A stretch of 64,000 bases of DNA from a virus: positions 1-64,000 of the IMG/VR virus record IMGVR_UViG_3300044530_000662. One strand, written 5' to 3'. Below, one piece after another: positions 1 through 9,642 of the stretch. A model generated the notes under the pieces. The model ran no database searches and had not been told where the DNA came from. It saw only the letters and a list, made by a program, of their open reading frames with translations. A program made the position numbers and the translations under genes. Position 1 is the stretch's first letter. Each line of letters starts with the position of its first letter.

Positions 1-2
1 AA

Positions 3-482
3 TTAGAATGCAAAAGACTGCAAAAGGATAAATGGCTTACAGAAGACTTGCATTTAACAAGCAAAAGTCTTATCTTTATGGAAGAAATTAACGGGTTCTT
101 TAAAAGAACTAAGAAGAAAACTTCAACAGATTTAATGGGTTCAAGCTTTTTGCAAAAAATACAGGAGTATGTAGAAATATTTCCTAATAGGAAACTCAAC
201 TCTGGTAAATATGCAAGAGTAAATCCCAAAAATCTTGAAGCTGGCTTCAGATGGTTCTTTGAAAATTATGATTATGATTGGGATCTGATTATAAAAGCAA
301 CAGAAAAGTATGTAGATGAATACAGTGTGAGAAACTATGAATATATGAGAAATTCTCAATATTTTGTCAGAAGACAAAACATAGATAAATCATTTGAATC
401 TGACTTAGCTACATACTGTGAGATTATTAACACAAATCCTGATGATGGAGGAGATTCTTATTTTAAAGAAAGAATAGTATGA
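3..482 (+). CDS. Hypothetical phage protein upstream of the helicase; 5'-truncated by the window edge
   Basis: Frame of ORF 48..482 stays open to base 3 (LECKRLQKDKWLTEDLHL...); stop overlaps the next ATG. Confidence 0.75.
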   Translation, partial: LECKRLQKDKWLTEDLHLTSKSLIFMEEINGFFKRTKKKTSTDLMGSSFLQKIQEYVEIFPNRKLNSGKYARVNPKNLEAGFRWFFENYDYDWDLIIKATEKYVDEYSVRNYEYMRNSQYFVRRQNIDKSFESDLATYCEIINTNPDDGGDSYFKERIV

Positions 483-655
483 GAAAAGGAATTTTATTAG
501 TAGTTGCAATATTAGGAACCCTAATAGCATATTCTATAACTGATTTGTTCATTATAGATATATCATTTTGGAAGTTCTTTTTTATTGAACTTACTATAAC
601 ATTAATGCATGAGTTATATAACCAAGCAAAACAACAAGTAATTATAAATCCCTAA
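479..655 (+). CDS. Small membrane protein, 58 aa (not in ORF track)
   Basis: ATGA overlap with upstream stop; MRKGILLVVAILGTLIAYSITDLFIIDISFWKFFFIELTITLMHELY... with two hydrophobic stretches; fills the gap to the helicase. Confidence 0.65.
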   Translation: MRKGILLVVAILGTLIAYSITDLFIIDISFWKFFFIELTITLMHELYNQAKQQVIINP

Positions 656-659
656 TACA

Positions 660-1661
660 ATGGCTGAATTATTTAATGGTGCCAGGCCCTTATTGCCTGT
701 AAGTGAAAGAGAAGCTCTGAGAAAAGCAATTCTGAAAATAAAAGCAAGAAGACAAGGTGAAATTAAATCACTAGTTAGTGCATGGCCCAAATTTAATGAT
801 GCATTTTGTGATGGGTTAGAGTGGAGAACTATCACCGTAGTTGGTGCTAGACCGGGAACCGGTAAAACTTTATTTATGGAACAGTTGATTAGTGACATTA
901 TAGTGCACAATCCTGACCAAGAATTTAGAGTTTTGAAGTTCCAGATGGAAATGGTTGATGAAACCAATGGAGTAAGAAAATTAAGTCTGAATACAGGTTC
1001 TGATTACAATACATTAATGAGCAAGGGTGGAAATCTTGTAGACAAAAAAGTCTATGATAAGTGTGTAGAGTACTATGAAAAATCTGGGGAAAATGATTTT
1101 ATTAATGTAGTTTATGATGCATGTACTGTTGATGAAATGTGTGCTACCATTCATTATGAAATGGAAAGATACAAGAAAGAAGATGGTACATACACTAATA
1201 TGCTCATTACTATGGATCACTCAGCATTATTTAGAGTTGGGAAGATGCAAAAAGACAAATTTGAAATGCTAGGAAGCTTGGGTGAAGCTCTCACCATGAT
1301 GAAAAAGAAATATCCTGTAGCATTTGTTGTGTTAAGTCAGCTCAATAGAAACATAGATGCTCCTGACAGACAAAGAGATGGTGAGTATGGAAATTATGTA
1401 TTAGATTCTGATATATATGGGTCTGATGCTTTATTACAGCATGCTGATGTAGTTATGGGTATTAACAAACCTTCACTAAGAAAAATAAGACAGTATGGAC
1501 CAGAAAGATTCTTAATTAATGATGAAGACATGTTAGTCTTTCATTTCTTAAAATCTAGAAATGGTACTACAAGAATAAGTTTCTTTAAGTTAGACAGAAC
1601 AACCATGAGGATTGTTGAAATAGACACACCAGGCCAAGCAACAAAGAAAATATCAATTTAA
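660..1661 (+). CDS. dnaB: DnaB-like replicative helicase (C-terminal ATPase domain)
   Basis: Walker A GARPGTGKT, MDH, VLSQLNR and YGSDALLQHADVV motifs of the DnaB family. Confidence 0.9.
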   Translation: MAELFNGARPLLPVSEREALRKAILKIKARRQGEIKSLVSAWPKFNDAFCDGLEWRTITVVGARPGTGKTLFMEQLISDIIVHNPDQEFRVLKFQMEMVDETNGVRKLSLNTGSDYNTLMSKGGNLVDKKVYDKCVEYYEKSGENDFINVVYDACTVDEMCATIHYEMERYKKEDGTYTNMLITMDHSALFRVGKMQKDKFEMLGSLGEALTMMKKKYPVAFVVLSQLNRNIDAPDRQRDGEYGNYVLDSDIYGSDALLQHADVVMGINKPSLRKIRQYGPERFLINDEDMLVFHFLKSRNGTTRISFFKLDRTTMRIVEIDTPGQATKKISI

Positions 1662-1670
1662 AACAACAAG

Positions 1671-2285
1671 ATGAATATTAGAAAAGAAAAAGAAAAAGAG
1701 TTTTATTTAAAACACATGGATACTTTTAGAGTTCTAGGTAATGCTGATCCATTCTTTCTTATCAAAACTGCCTTTTTTCAAAAAGGTAAATTTGGTAGAC
1801 AGGTTCAATTATTTGAATCTGAAATAGGAAAAGGTGAAGACATTTATATAGAATTCTATGATAATGTCAATGATGAGAAAGGTAATGTTACAAACATTGT
1901 TCCTTTCTTTGAAGATAGACAATTATTTAAGTATAAGTATAATCCATTCTATGCAGAAGAGTATGAAACAAAAGAAGGTACAAGCTTTAAAGGAGAACCC
2001 TTTATTCTTTATACTGTTCCTGTTTCTGAATTAGTTGCAGTTCTAAAGGATGGTACAGAAATTACTTATGCTTTATATGAAAAAAGAAAAGCAGAAGGAG
2101 AAACTAAAGTTGAAGATGTAGAACTTCCAAGATTACAGAAGTCTTTATTTCCAAACTTTGAACAAGAATTTCCTGCAAAAACTGAAAAAGTTCTTGAATT
2201 AGAATTAGACAACACAGAAACTGTTTCTGATATTTTATTAAGAATTGCAACAGAATTTCAAAAATTAGCACAAAAACTAAAGTAA
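1671..2285 (+). CDS. Hypothetical protein in replication cluster
   Basis: 204-aa ORF, co-oriented and tightly packed; no recognised motif. Confidence 0.75.
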   Translation: MNIRKEKEKEFYLKHMDTFRVLGNADPFFLIKTAFFQKGKFGRQVQLFESEIGKGEDIYIEFYDNVNDEKGNVTNIVPFFEDRQLFKYKYNPFYAEEYETKEGTSFKGEPFILYTVPVSELVAVLKDGTEITYALYEKRKAEGETKVEDVELPRLQKSLFPNFEQEFPAKTEKVLELELDNTETVSDILLRIATEFQKLAQKLK

Positions 2286-2286
2286 G

Positions 2287-3012
2287 ATGAGTATAATACT
2301 TCCAACAAGTAAAGTAAAGGCTAGTCAAGTGAATCCTAAGAGATTACTGATTTATTCAAAGCCTAAAACTGGTAAAACTACTGCATATGCAGGACTAGAA
2401 AACAATCTAATTATAGATTTAGAGAATGGTTCTGATTATGTTGATGCTCTTAAGATTAAAGTTAATAGTCTACAAGAGCTTTTAGATGCTGGTAAATCAA
2501 TTAAAGAAGCAGGTAAGCCTTATAAGTATGTTACTATAGATACTGTAACTGCATTAGAAACTATGATTATGCCACTTGCAATTAAGTTATATAAAAATAC
2601 CCCAATGGGAAAAGGATTTACAGGTGATACTGTTACTACTTTACCTAATGGTGCAGGTTATTTATATATCCGTGAAGCATTTTTTCAAGTTTTAGATTTT
2701 ATTGATACCTTAGCACCCCATATTATTTTATCAGGTCATATCAAAGACAAAGTGGTAGATGATAAAGGTGATATGGTTATGTCTGCAAATATAGATTTGA
2801 CAGGTAAAATTAAATCTCTTATATGTGCAAATGCAGATGCAATTGGCTACATGTATAGAAAAGGTAACAAAACTATTTTAAGTTTTAAGACTAGTGAAGA
2901 GGTAACTTGTGGTGCAAGACCTGAACATTTGAGAAATGAAGAGATAGTTATAACAGAGTTGATAGAAGGTGTTTTAAAAACATCTTGGGACAAAGTATTT
3001 GTAAACAATTAA
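2287..3012 (+). CDS. AAA_24/Sak4-like P-loop ATPase (probable recombination/annealing protein)
   Basis: LLIYSKPKTGKTT Walker A, IIDLENGS, VTIDTVT, ILSGH, CANADAIGY; sits beside a putative SSB as is usual for Sak4. Confidence 0.8.
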   Translation: MSIILPTSKVKASQVNPKRLLIYSKPKTGKTTAYAGLENNLIIDLENGSDYVDALKIKVNSLQELLDAGKSIKEAGKPYKYVTIDTVTALETMIMPLAIKLYKNTPMGKGFTGDTVTTLPNGAGYLYIREAFFQVLDFIDTLAPHIILSGHIKDKVVDDKGDMVMSANIDLTGKIKSLICANADAIGYMYRKGNKTILSFKTSEEVTCGARPEHLRNEEIVITELIEGVLKTSWDKVFVNN

Positions 3013-3024
3013 AAATAAAATAAA

Positions 3025-3702
3025 ATGGCTTTAAGCACAAAAGATTTGAACGGAGGGGGACTTCCTAAAACAATTTCTCCAGGAAATCATAGATTAAGAA
3101 TTAACAGTTTAGAATTAGAAGATTTTTCTTTCATTCCAGGTGCAATGCACTTACTGTTACATACTGAAACAGAACCAATTGAAGGTTTTGACGGGTTTAT
3201 GATTGATAAAGATGATGCAAGCAAAGGTCACTATGCTGGTCAAATTGGTAAAGTAAAAGCAAGCCAGTATGCTTATGCAGATGGTGAAACTAAAAGTGGT
3301 ATTAAGATTGAAAGAGATAAATCCTTGATGATCTTCTTAAAAACTTTATGTAATGGTTTAAATATATCTAAATGGTTTGATGAGCAAGATGATTTGCATG
3401 AGACTATTGAAGATTTTGTTATTGCTTTTAACAAGACAGCTCCATTTAAAAATGTTTATTTAGATTTCTGTATTGCTGGCAAAGAATATGTTGGTAAAAC
3501 TGGTTATACAAACTATGATTTGTATTTACCAAAAGCAGAGAAAGGTAATTATGCATTTGGAGATTTCAAACAAGGAAAAGTAATGCTTTATAATGAAGCA
3601 GTGCATTTGAAAAAGACAGAAGTAAAAGAAGTTAAAAATTTTGGAGATGATGATGATTTATCAATTCCATCTAAAACTTCAACTGATTTCAGCTTAGACT
3701 AA
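3025..3702 (+). CDS. Putative single-stranded DNA-binding protein
   Basis: Position after Sak4-like ATPase; beta-rich core; acidic C-terminal tail ending in an aromatic motif (FGDDDDLSIPSKTSTDFSLD). Confidence 0.55.
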   Translation: MALSTKDLNGGGLPKTISPGNHRLRINSLELEDFSFIPGAMHLLLHTETEPIEGFDGFMIDKDDASKGHYAGQIGKVKASQYAYADGETKSGIKIERDKSLMIFLKTLCNGLNISKWFDEQDDLHETIEDFVIAFNKTAPFKNVYLDFCIAGKEYVGKTGYTNYDLYLPKAEKGNYAFGDFKQGKVMLYNEAVHLKKTEVKEVKNFGDDDDLSIPSKTSTDFSLD

Positions 3703-3713
3703 TTAAATTAGTC

Positions 3714-3750
3714 AAAGGGAGTCAGATATTACTTTTGGCTCCCTTTTATA
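3714..3750 (+). terminator. Intrinsic terminator
   Basis: AAAGGGAGTCA / TGGCTCCCTTT stem followed by T-rich tract. Confidence 0.75.
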
Positions 3751-3765
3751 TTTTAATTAAGTTTT

Positions 3766-4746
3766 ATGATTTCAACAAAAGGAATAATATCTGATATAAA
3801 AGATGTACCTGAAGAATGGGTATATGAGTATTATTTAAACTTGAAAGAAAAACTTACAGGTCAAGATATTAAAATGCTTTCTGCATTTAATTCAAAAGAC
3901 AAAGTTCCTTCAATGTTTGTTTACTTTGATACTACATCCAGTACATATAAGTTTAAAGATTTTTCATCAGGCAACCAAGGTAACTGTTGGAACTTAGTTC
4001 AGCATTTATATAATTTATCTTTTGGTGAAGCTGCTGCAAAAATCATAAATGATTATCAAGTATATATAAAAAATAATACTGTATCTGAAAAAAGAGAACT
4101 AGTAATTCATGATAAGTTTAAAGTTGTAGACTATGAAATGAGACACTGGAATACTTTAGATCAGAAGTATTGGATGATGTTTAAGATAGGCTCAGGATTA
4201 CTGGATAGATATAATGTAGTTCCTTTAGAATTTTTTACAATGGAAAAAGAAGAGATAGACAGTACTATGACTTCATTTACTTTTAAAAGACCTTATATGT
4301 ATGGTTATTTTAGAAATGATGGTAGTTTATATAAAATCTATATGCCTAAGAATACAGATAAAAAATTCATAAAGGTTGAAAATTATATTCAGGGTACTGA
4401 ACAGCTTAAATATGATTGCAAGTATCTGATTATTACATCTTCTCTTAAAGATTTAATGTGTTTTAATAAGCTTGGTATTAATAATGTTGAAGCTATTGCT
4501 CCGGACAGTGAGAATACTATGATTGGAGAAAAAGCTATTGGAGAATTTCAGCAATATTATCAAAAAATAATTGTTTTATTTGACAATGATGAGCCGGGGA
4601 TTAAAGCAGCAGAAAGATATAAAGTAAAATATGGTTTGAATTATATAATTCTACCTATGGAAAAAGATCTTTCTGATTCAGTTAAAATGCATGGTATAGA
4701 TAAAGTTAGAGAAGTATTATTTCCGTTATTAAAACAAACATTATGA
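3766..4746 (+). CDS. dnaG: DNA primase (TOPRIM)
   Basis: IITSSLKDLMC and IVLFDNDEPGIKAA TOPRIM motifs, C-terminal KDLSD; follows helicase and SSB. Confidence 0.85.
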   Translation: MISTKGIISDIKDVPEEWVYEYYLNLKEKLTGQDIKMLSAFNSKDKVPSMFVYFDTTSSTYKFKDFSSGNQGNCWNLVQHLYNLSFGEAAAKIINDYQVYIKNNTVSEKRELVIHDKFKVVDYEMRHWNTLDQKYWMMFKIGSGLLDRYNVVPLEFFTMEKEEIDSTMTSFTFKRPYMYGYFRNDGSLYKIYMPKNTDKKFIKVENYIQGTEQLKYDCKYLIITSSLKDLMCFNKLGINNVEAIAPDSENTMIGEKAIGEFQQYYQKIIVLFDNDEPGIKAAERYKVKYGLNYIILPMEKDLSDSVKMHGIDKVREVLFPLLKQTL

Positions 4747-4898
4747 AAAATCCTATGTATGATTATGTTTTTAAACATAGAATAACAAAAGCAAGATTAA
4801 GTTTTGAAAGTAGATCTATAGAAGAAGCAACAATAATACTTGCAAGAATGGTAAATAGTGTTGCAGATTGGGACATGAAAAGATATAGACACAAATGA
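4743..4898 (+). CDS. Small hypothetical protein, 51 aa (not in ORF track)
   Basis: ATGA overlaps at both ends; MKNPMYDYVFKHRITKARLSFESRSIEEATIILARMVNSVADWDMKRYRHK. Confidence 0.6.
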   Translation: MKNPMYDYVFKHRITKARLSFESRSIEEATIILARMVNSVADWDMKRYRHK

Positions 4899-5320
4899 GT
4901 TGGATATATCAAGGTAAAGAGTTTAATGAAGATAATATACCTGAAGACGCAGTAGGGTTTATTTATCATATGTCTGTAATATTAAATGGAAATACTTATG
5001 CATACATTGGTAAGAAAAACTTCTTTGCCAATATAAAAAAAAAGCTTGGTAAAAAAGCTTTAGCATTAGTTACTGATAAAAGATTAAAGACATATACTAG
5101 AGAACAGAAACCTAACTTTATGAATTACTATAGTAGCAATCAGCAACTAAAAGAAGCTCACAAAGCAGGATGTAAAATTAAAAGGGAAATTCTAGTAATA
5201 TGCTATTCAGCAACTGAATTGACTTATCAAGAAGTAAAGCATCAATTTAAGTATGAAGTGCTTGAAAAAAAAGGATATCTAAATGCCAATATTCTTGGCA
5301 GATTTTACAAAACAAAATAA
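4895..5320 (+). CDS. GIY-YIG (Seg-like) endonuclease-family protein
   Basis: GFIY...YIGKK motif, YYSS, REIL, conserved E and YLNANI. Confidence 0.75.
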   Translation: MSWIYQGKEFNEDNIPEDAVGFIYHMSVILNGNTYAYIGKKNFFANIKKKLGKKALALVTDKRLKTYTREQKPNFMNYYSSNQQLKEAHKAGCKIKREILVICYSATELTYQEVKHQFKYEVLEKKGYLNANILGRFYKTK

Positions 5321-5322
5321 CT

Positions 5323-5784
5323 ATGAAAACAATTAAATTTATCTGCCTTAGCTTAGGATTAGCTTTGGTAATGACTTCATGTACAGAAAACTATTCTAAT
5401 GGTGAACGCATTGGAATGATAACTAAGTTCTCACAGAAAGGACTTGTGTTTGATTCATGGGAAGGAACATTGAATACTACTCAAACAGGTATGAACTCTG
5501 CTCAACCATTTGAGTTCTCAGTAGATAATGATGTAAATGATCCAAAGACAATTGCAGCATTAGATTCTGCAGCTACTTATGGATGGAAAGTTAAAATCAA
5601 ATATCATCAGACATTTGGTAAAAACTGGTTTAGTAATAGAGGTGAAACTAATTTCTTTGTAAATGAAGTTCAAGTATTAGATAAAGATCCTATTGGAAAC
5701 ATGTTTGGTGATAAAGCTACTGGATCCACTGGAGGAAGAGTAGTTGATACTATTTATGTTGTGATAGATAAATCTAGAGACTAA
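5323..5784 (+). CDS. Phage lipoprotein
   Basis: Basic N-terminus, hydrophobic core and lipobox-like VMTS-C, then a beta-rich domain. Confidence 0.7.
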   Translation: MKTIKFICLSLGLALVMTSCTENYSNGERIGMITKFSQKGLVFDSWEGTLNTTQTGMNSAQPFEFSVDNDVNDPKTIAALDSAATYGWKVKIKYHQTFGKNWFSNRGETNFFVNEVQVLDKDPIGNMFGDKATGSTGGRVVDTIYVVIDKSRD

Positions 5785-6191
5785 TGACAGAAAATGAAAT
5801 GACAGGCCTTCTTCTTAAGTTGGCTGATCTTGGTATTACAGGAATTAAAGTACATTATGATGGTGGAGGAGACTCCGGTTCCATAGAAAGAATTGGATAT
5901 ACTAGAGTACCTTGTGCTACTCCAGAAGATGTAGATGATGAAGTAGATACTTGGAATGTAGAATCAAATTTAGCTGATTTAGATTCAAGTGCATATTCTT
6001 TAATTGAAGACTTTGCACAAGAAACTATTCTTAATGATATAGAAGACTGGTGGAATAATGAAGGTGGTTTTGGAGATTTATCTATATGTGTTCCTTCAGG
6101 AAAATACATTATTAATAATCATATAAATATTACTCACACTGAAGATTATACTCATGAAGGTAGTTTATTAAATAAAACAGAAAATGACTGA
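5784..6191 (+). CDS. DUF6878-like acidic protein
   Basis: LGITGIKVHYDGGGDSGSIE and WWNNEGGFG motifs recalled for this family. Confidence 0.6.
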   Translation: MTENEMTGLLLKLADLGITGIKVHYDGGGDSGSIERIGYTRVPCATPEDVDDEVDTWNVESNLADLDSSAYSLIEDFAQETILNDIEDWWNNEGGFGDLSICVPSGKYIINNHINITHTEDYTHEGSLLNKTEND

Positions 6192-6369
6192 AGAAAGAAA
6201 AGCAGATGAACTGTATAATTATGCACGTGTTCTACATGGAACTGAAAAAGCTAAAGAAGAAGCTTTAAATACAGCTAAAGCAACATATGCTTTAGCACCA
6301 TTTAGAGATGGAAGAATGAAAGCTAGAAGTTACTGGGAAAGAGTTATTGAATATTTAAAAAAGAAATAA
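6184..6369 (+). CDS. Small hypothetical protein
   Basis: 61-aa ORF overlapping or abutting neighbours. Confidence 0.65.
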   Translation: MTEERKADELYNYARVLHGTEKAKEEALNTAKATYALAPFRDGRMKARSYWERVIEYLKKK

Positions 6370-6551
6370 TGGAAGATTTTGAAGATTGGTTAATAGATGA
6401 GTTAGAGACTCAAACATTAACAGATGAGTTAAAAGATGTGATACTTGAAAGAGTTAGAGAATTACGTGAAGATGCTCAAAGTGAAGGATATAGTGAAGGT
6501 TATTCTGAAGCAAAATATGAGATTATTGATCATATAACATACAAAATGTAA
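6369..6551 (+). CDS. Small acidic hypothetical protein with SEGY repeats
   Basis: TAATG coupling; SEGYSEGYSEA from an imperfect 12-bp tandem repeat. Confidence 0.65.
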   Translation: MEDFEDWLIDELETQTLTDELKDVILERVRELREDAQSEGYSEGYSEAKYEIIDHITYKM

Positions 6552-6814
6552 TGGAAGAGAAAAAATTTAATGAAGCTAAGTATACAAAAGAAATGATTGA
6601 CAAGCTTCATACTAGATCTCTTAAACTTCTAGAAGCAATATCTGGAACCATGAATAAAATTACTGTAGAGTATGTTACTGGTGAAGGAAAATTTCTAAGA
6701 CCTGGAGAAATTTATTTAAATAATACTGCAGCACTTAGAGATTTTATGCAAAAAGAATATACAGAGATACAGCTTGAGTTAGGTGAATTAAGAGAAAAAT
6801 TTAAAAGTCTGTAG
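6551..6814 (+). CDS. Small hypothetical protein
   Basis: 87-aa ORF, TAATG coupling. Confidence 0.65.
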   Translation: MEEKKFNEAKYTKEMIDKLHTRSLKLLEAISGTMNKITVEYVTGEGKFLRPGEIYLNNTAALRDFMQKEYTEIQLELGELREKFKSL

Positions 6815-6815
6815 T

Positions 6816-7163
6816 ATGGCACATCCTTATCAACATTCAAAATCATCAGCTAAAAAGTTTGGAGGAATACCTGAAAATTATCATCATATTCATGAGTGGT
6901 TTGATGCTACAAAATCATGGATAGGTCATAGCATGCATAGAATGTTCCGTCACCATAGTGAAGGTATCTTTGAATGTGAAAAAGTTTTTGGTGTATCTTT
7001 TCTTAACTCTGCTGGTAAAACTGTATATACAAGATATGTTGCAGAACAACATGTTAAAGAGGATTGCAACAATTACATTCCAACAGCAAAGGAATGGGTA
7101 GATATGATTGCAAGTGGTAAACCTGAGAAATGGGCTATAAAAACTTTAAAAATTGAAGACTGA
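6816..7163 (+). CDS. DUF6915-like His-rich protein
   Basis: MAHPYQHSKSSAKKFGG...IHEWFDATK...HRMFRHHSEG...AEQHVKED signature. Confidence 0.7.
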   Translation: MAHPYQHSKSSAKKFGGIPENYHHIHEWFDATKSWIGHSMHRMFRHHSEGIFECEKVFGVSFLNSAGKTVYTRYVAEQHVKEDCNNYIPTAKEWVDMIASGKPEKWAIKTLKIED

Positions 7164-7597
7164 TGGAAAAAGAATTTGTAACTTATGAGTTAGCTTTAAG
7201 AATGAAAGCACTTGGATTTAATGGACCTTGTTTTGGGTATTTTACTAAATATGAAGAATTTTTTTATTTTGATGTTGATGATTTAGGATCATCATACACA
7301 AAAAATATGGATAATTTGGTGGTATCGAGTGTTGATGAATTAAAATGTTCCGCACCATTATTCTCACAAGCATTTAGATGGTTTAGAGAGAAGTATGATT
7401 TATATCCTTCAATCAACATTTATAATGACAAGTGGTTGTGTGTAATCAAATCAACTGTTTCAAGTGAAACTGAAATTAGTGGTTATATAGTTGCTACTAT
7501 AAACAATGGTCATCCAACATTTGAAACTTATGAAGAAGCAGAACTTAAATGTTTGGAAAAGTTAATTGAGATTGTTGAATCTAAAACAGAAAAGTAA
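7163..7597 (+). CDS. Hypothetical protein of a type common in Bacteroidota phages
   Basis: EFVTYELALRMKALGF...APLFSQAFRWFREKY...TYEEAEL pattern; TGATG coupling. Confidence 0.65.
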   Translation: MEKEFVTYELALRMKALGFNGPCFGYFTKYEEFFYFDVDDLGSSYTKNMDNLVVSSVDELKCSAPLFSQAFRWFREKYDLYPSINIYNDKWLCVIKSTVSSETEISGYIVATINNGHPTFETYEEAELKCLEKLIEIVESKTEK

Positions 7598-7788
7598 TGG
7601 ATAGAGTAGAACAAATTAAAGAAAAAGTAGAAGCTTTAGTTAATGAAGCTATAGAGCTGTTAGAAGCTAATTATGATATAGAAAATGCTAAGTTTAATAA
7701 TCCTGCATACATGACTATGATGGATTTAAACAGTGCCTTAATGGAACTAGATTGTTTAGATGATGAAGACTTAAAAACTGAAGACTGA
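7597..7788 (+). CDS. Small acidic hypothetical protein
   Basis: 63-aa ORF coupled at both ends. Confidence 0.65.
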   Translation: MDRVEQIKEKVEALVNEAIELLEANYDIENAKFNNPAYMTMMDLNSALMELDCLDDEDLKTED

Positions 7789-8189
7789 TGAGTAAACTAA
7801 AATTTGACAAAGAAGAAACAAAGAATTTATTAAATATGCTAAAGTCAAGTGATTCTGAGAATCATACTATAGCATTCCAAGCATTGAATAATGCTGATCT
7901 TAAAAACTATAAAGGTGAGCTACTTGTATTATATAAGTTCTCTAAGTTAGGAAAAGCAACTTGGGAAAAAGAAGCTCCTAAAGCATACAAAACACTTAGT
8001 AAGGATTCTATCTTCAGTGAAGAGGGATTAACTAGTGGTAAGTGTTTATCACTTATGACTTCAAATAACTCTAGTAAAGATTCAATAGAATTGTTTTTAG
8101 AGAATTTTGTAGTTGACATGGTTGGATTCTTAGGACAACTAGGATACCCAGCTGATAAATTTGACATAAATATTAAACTAAAAAACTAA
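7788..8189 (+). CDS. Hypothetical protein; shares a motif with the 429-aa protein at 10922
   Basis: LLNMLKSSDSENHTIAFQAL resembles IHQMFESSDKDNHILAMEIM. Confidence 0.7.
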   Translation: MSKLKFDKEETKNLLNMLKSSDSENHTIAFQALNNADLKNYKGELLVLYKFSKLGKATWEKEAPKAYKTLSKDSIFSEEGLTSGKCLSLMTSNNSSKDSIELFLENFVVDMVGFLGQLGYPADKFDINIKLKN

Positions 8190-9493
8190 TGGACAAAGTT
8201 CAGAGTTTGAGTAAAGCTAGTAAAGACTTAATGTTGAAGGAGCCCTATTATGGGTTCTTTCTCATTATGTTGAATAAGCTTTGGGATAATAAGAGAGTAC
8301 CAACAGCAGGAGTTAGTAAGAATGGTATTAATTACCAGCTTGCTATTAATTCTGATTTTTGGGAAGAACTTAATGATGACCAGAGACTTGGTATATTAAA
8401 ACATGAGTTGCTTCATATTGCATTTGGACATCTTACTACTTTCTTTAAGTTTAGTGATAGAAGATTAGCAAATGTTGCAATGGACATGGAGATTAATCAG
8501 TATATTGAAAGTTCTTGGCTTCCAGGAGGAGAATATTCTGCACAAGAATATAAGACTATTAAAGAAGCTGTAGAAACTGAAATAGCAGAAGCTAGAGAAA
8601 GAGATGCTCCTATAGAAGAATTACTAGAGATTAGTAAAAAGCTTCCGGGTAGAGGTATTTTCATTGAGGACTATGAAGATATGAATCTTGAGCTTAAAGC
8701 TGGTTGTAGATATTACTATGATAAGCTTAAAGAGTTTAAAGATCAGAAAGACCAAAAGGGTACTTGTGGTAATGATGCAATGGATGAATTACTAGATAAT
8801 ATAGATTCTGGTAATGTTCCTGATCATGCTACTTGGGAAGACTTTGAAGATCTTACTGAAGCTGAACAAAAATTAATTGAGAAACAGTTACAGAAAGTAT
8901 TATCTGATGCTAAAGAACAAACTGTTAAAAAACGCGGCACTGTTCCTGGAGAGATTGAAGGAGTAATTGTTATTGAAGAAATAGTACCTCCTAAATTTGA
9001 CTGGAGAGGCTTCATTAGAAGATTTACTGGTGTAAGTACTAAAGTATTTACTAAGAAGATCAGAAGAAAGGAAAACAAGAGATTTGATGCTAATCCTGGT
9101 CTTAAAGTAAAGATGAGACAACATATGTTGTTGGCTATTGATACTTCAGGTTCTGTAAGTGATGATGAGCTTAGAGAATTTATGGGAGAGATGCATCATA
9201 TTTTTAAATGTGGTGTTGATATTACTGTTGTACAATGTGATACAAAGATTAGATCAATTGAACCTTACAAAGGTAAATTTGAGATGGCAGTACAAGGTAG
9301 AGGTGGGACTGAATTTGATCCCGTCCTAGAATATTTTAATGAAAACCTAAAGAAATATACAAGTCTTGTGTATTTTACTGATGGTGAATGTAGTACATCT
9401 GTAAGACCAAAAGGAAATATTCTATGGGTTTTGTCAGAACAATCTTATATGAATAATGATCTTCCTGGAAAGGTTATAAAACTTGAATTATGA
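8189..9493 (+). CDS. vWA-domain protein with N-terminal zincin-like metallopeptidase (DUF2201-type)
   Basis: HELLHIAFGH (HExxH); MIDAS motifs AIDTSGS, GRGGT, YFTDG. Confidence 0.85.
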   Translation: MDKVQSLSKASKDLMLKEPYYGFFLIMLNKLWDNKRVPTAGVSKNGINYQLAINSDFWEELNDDQRLGILKHELLHIAFGHLTTFFKFSDRRLANVAMDMEINQYIESSWLPGGEYSAQEYKTIKEAVETEIAEARERDAPIEELLEISKKLPGRGIFIEDYEDMNLELKAGCRYYYDKLKEFKDQKDQKGTCGNDAMDELLDNIDSGNVPDHATWEDFEDLTEAEQKLIEKQLQKVLSDAKEQTVKKRGTVPGEIEGVIVIEEIVPPKFDWRGFIRRFTGVSTKVFTKKIRRKENKRFDANPGLKVKMRQHMLLAIDTSGSVSDDELREFMGEMHHIFKCGVDITVVQCDTKIRSIEPYKGKFEMAVQGRGGTEFDPVLEYFNENLKKYTSLVYFTDGECSTSVRPKGNILWVLSEQSYMNNDLPGKVIKLEL

Positions 9494-9642
9494 AAAAGTA
9501 TAATGGTAAAATAGAAACTAAGTTTTTATGGCTTATTCCATTTTTAATTGGTGTAAGTAAGAGTGTTATAGATGATAAAGCAAAAGTTTTTGCTTTACAT
9601 ATTACACCTCTGTTTGAGATTGGATTAAATTGGAAATATTAA
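9490..9642 (+). CDS. Small hypothetical protein, 50 aa (not in ORF track)
   Basis: ATGA overlap; MKKYNGKIETKFLWLIPFLIGVSKSVIDDKAKVFALHITPLFEIGLNWKY. Confidence 0.55.
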   Translation: MKKYNGKIETKFLWLIPFLIGVSKSVIDDKAKVFALHITPLFEIGLNWKY

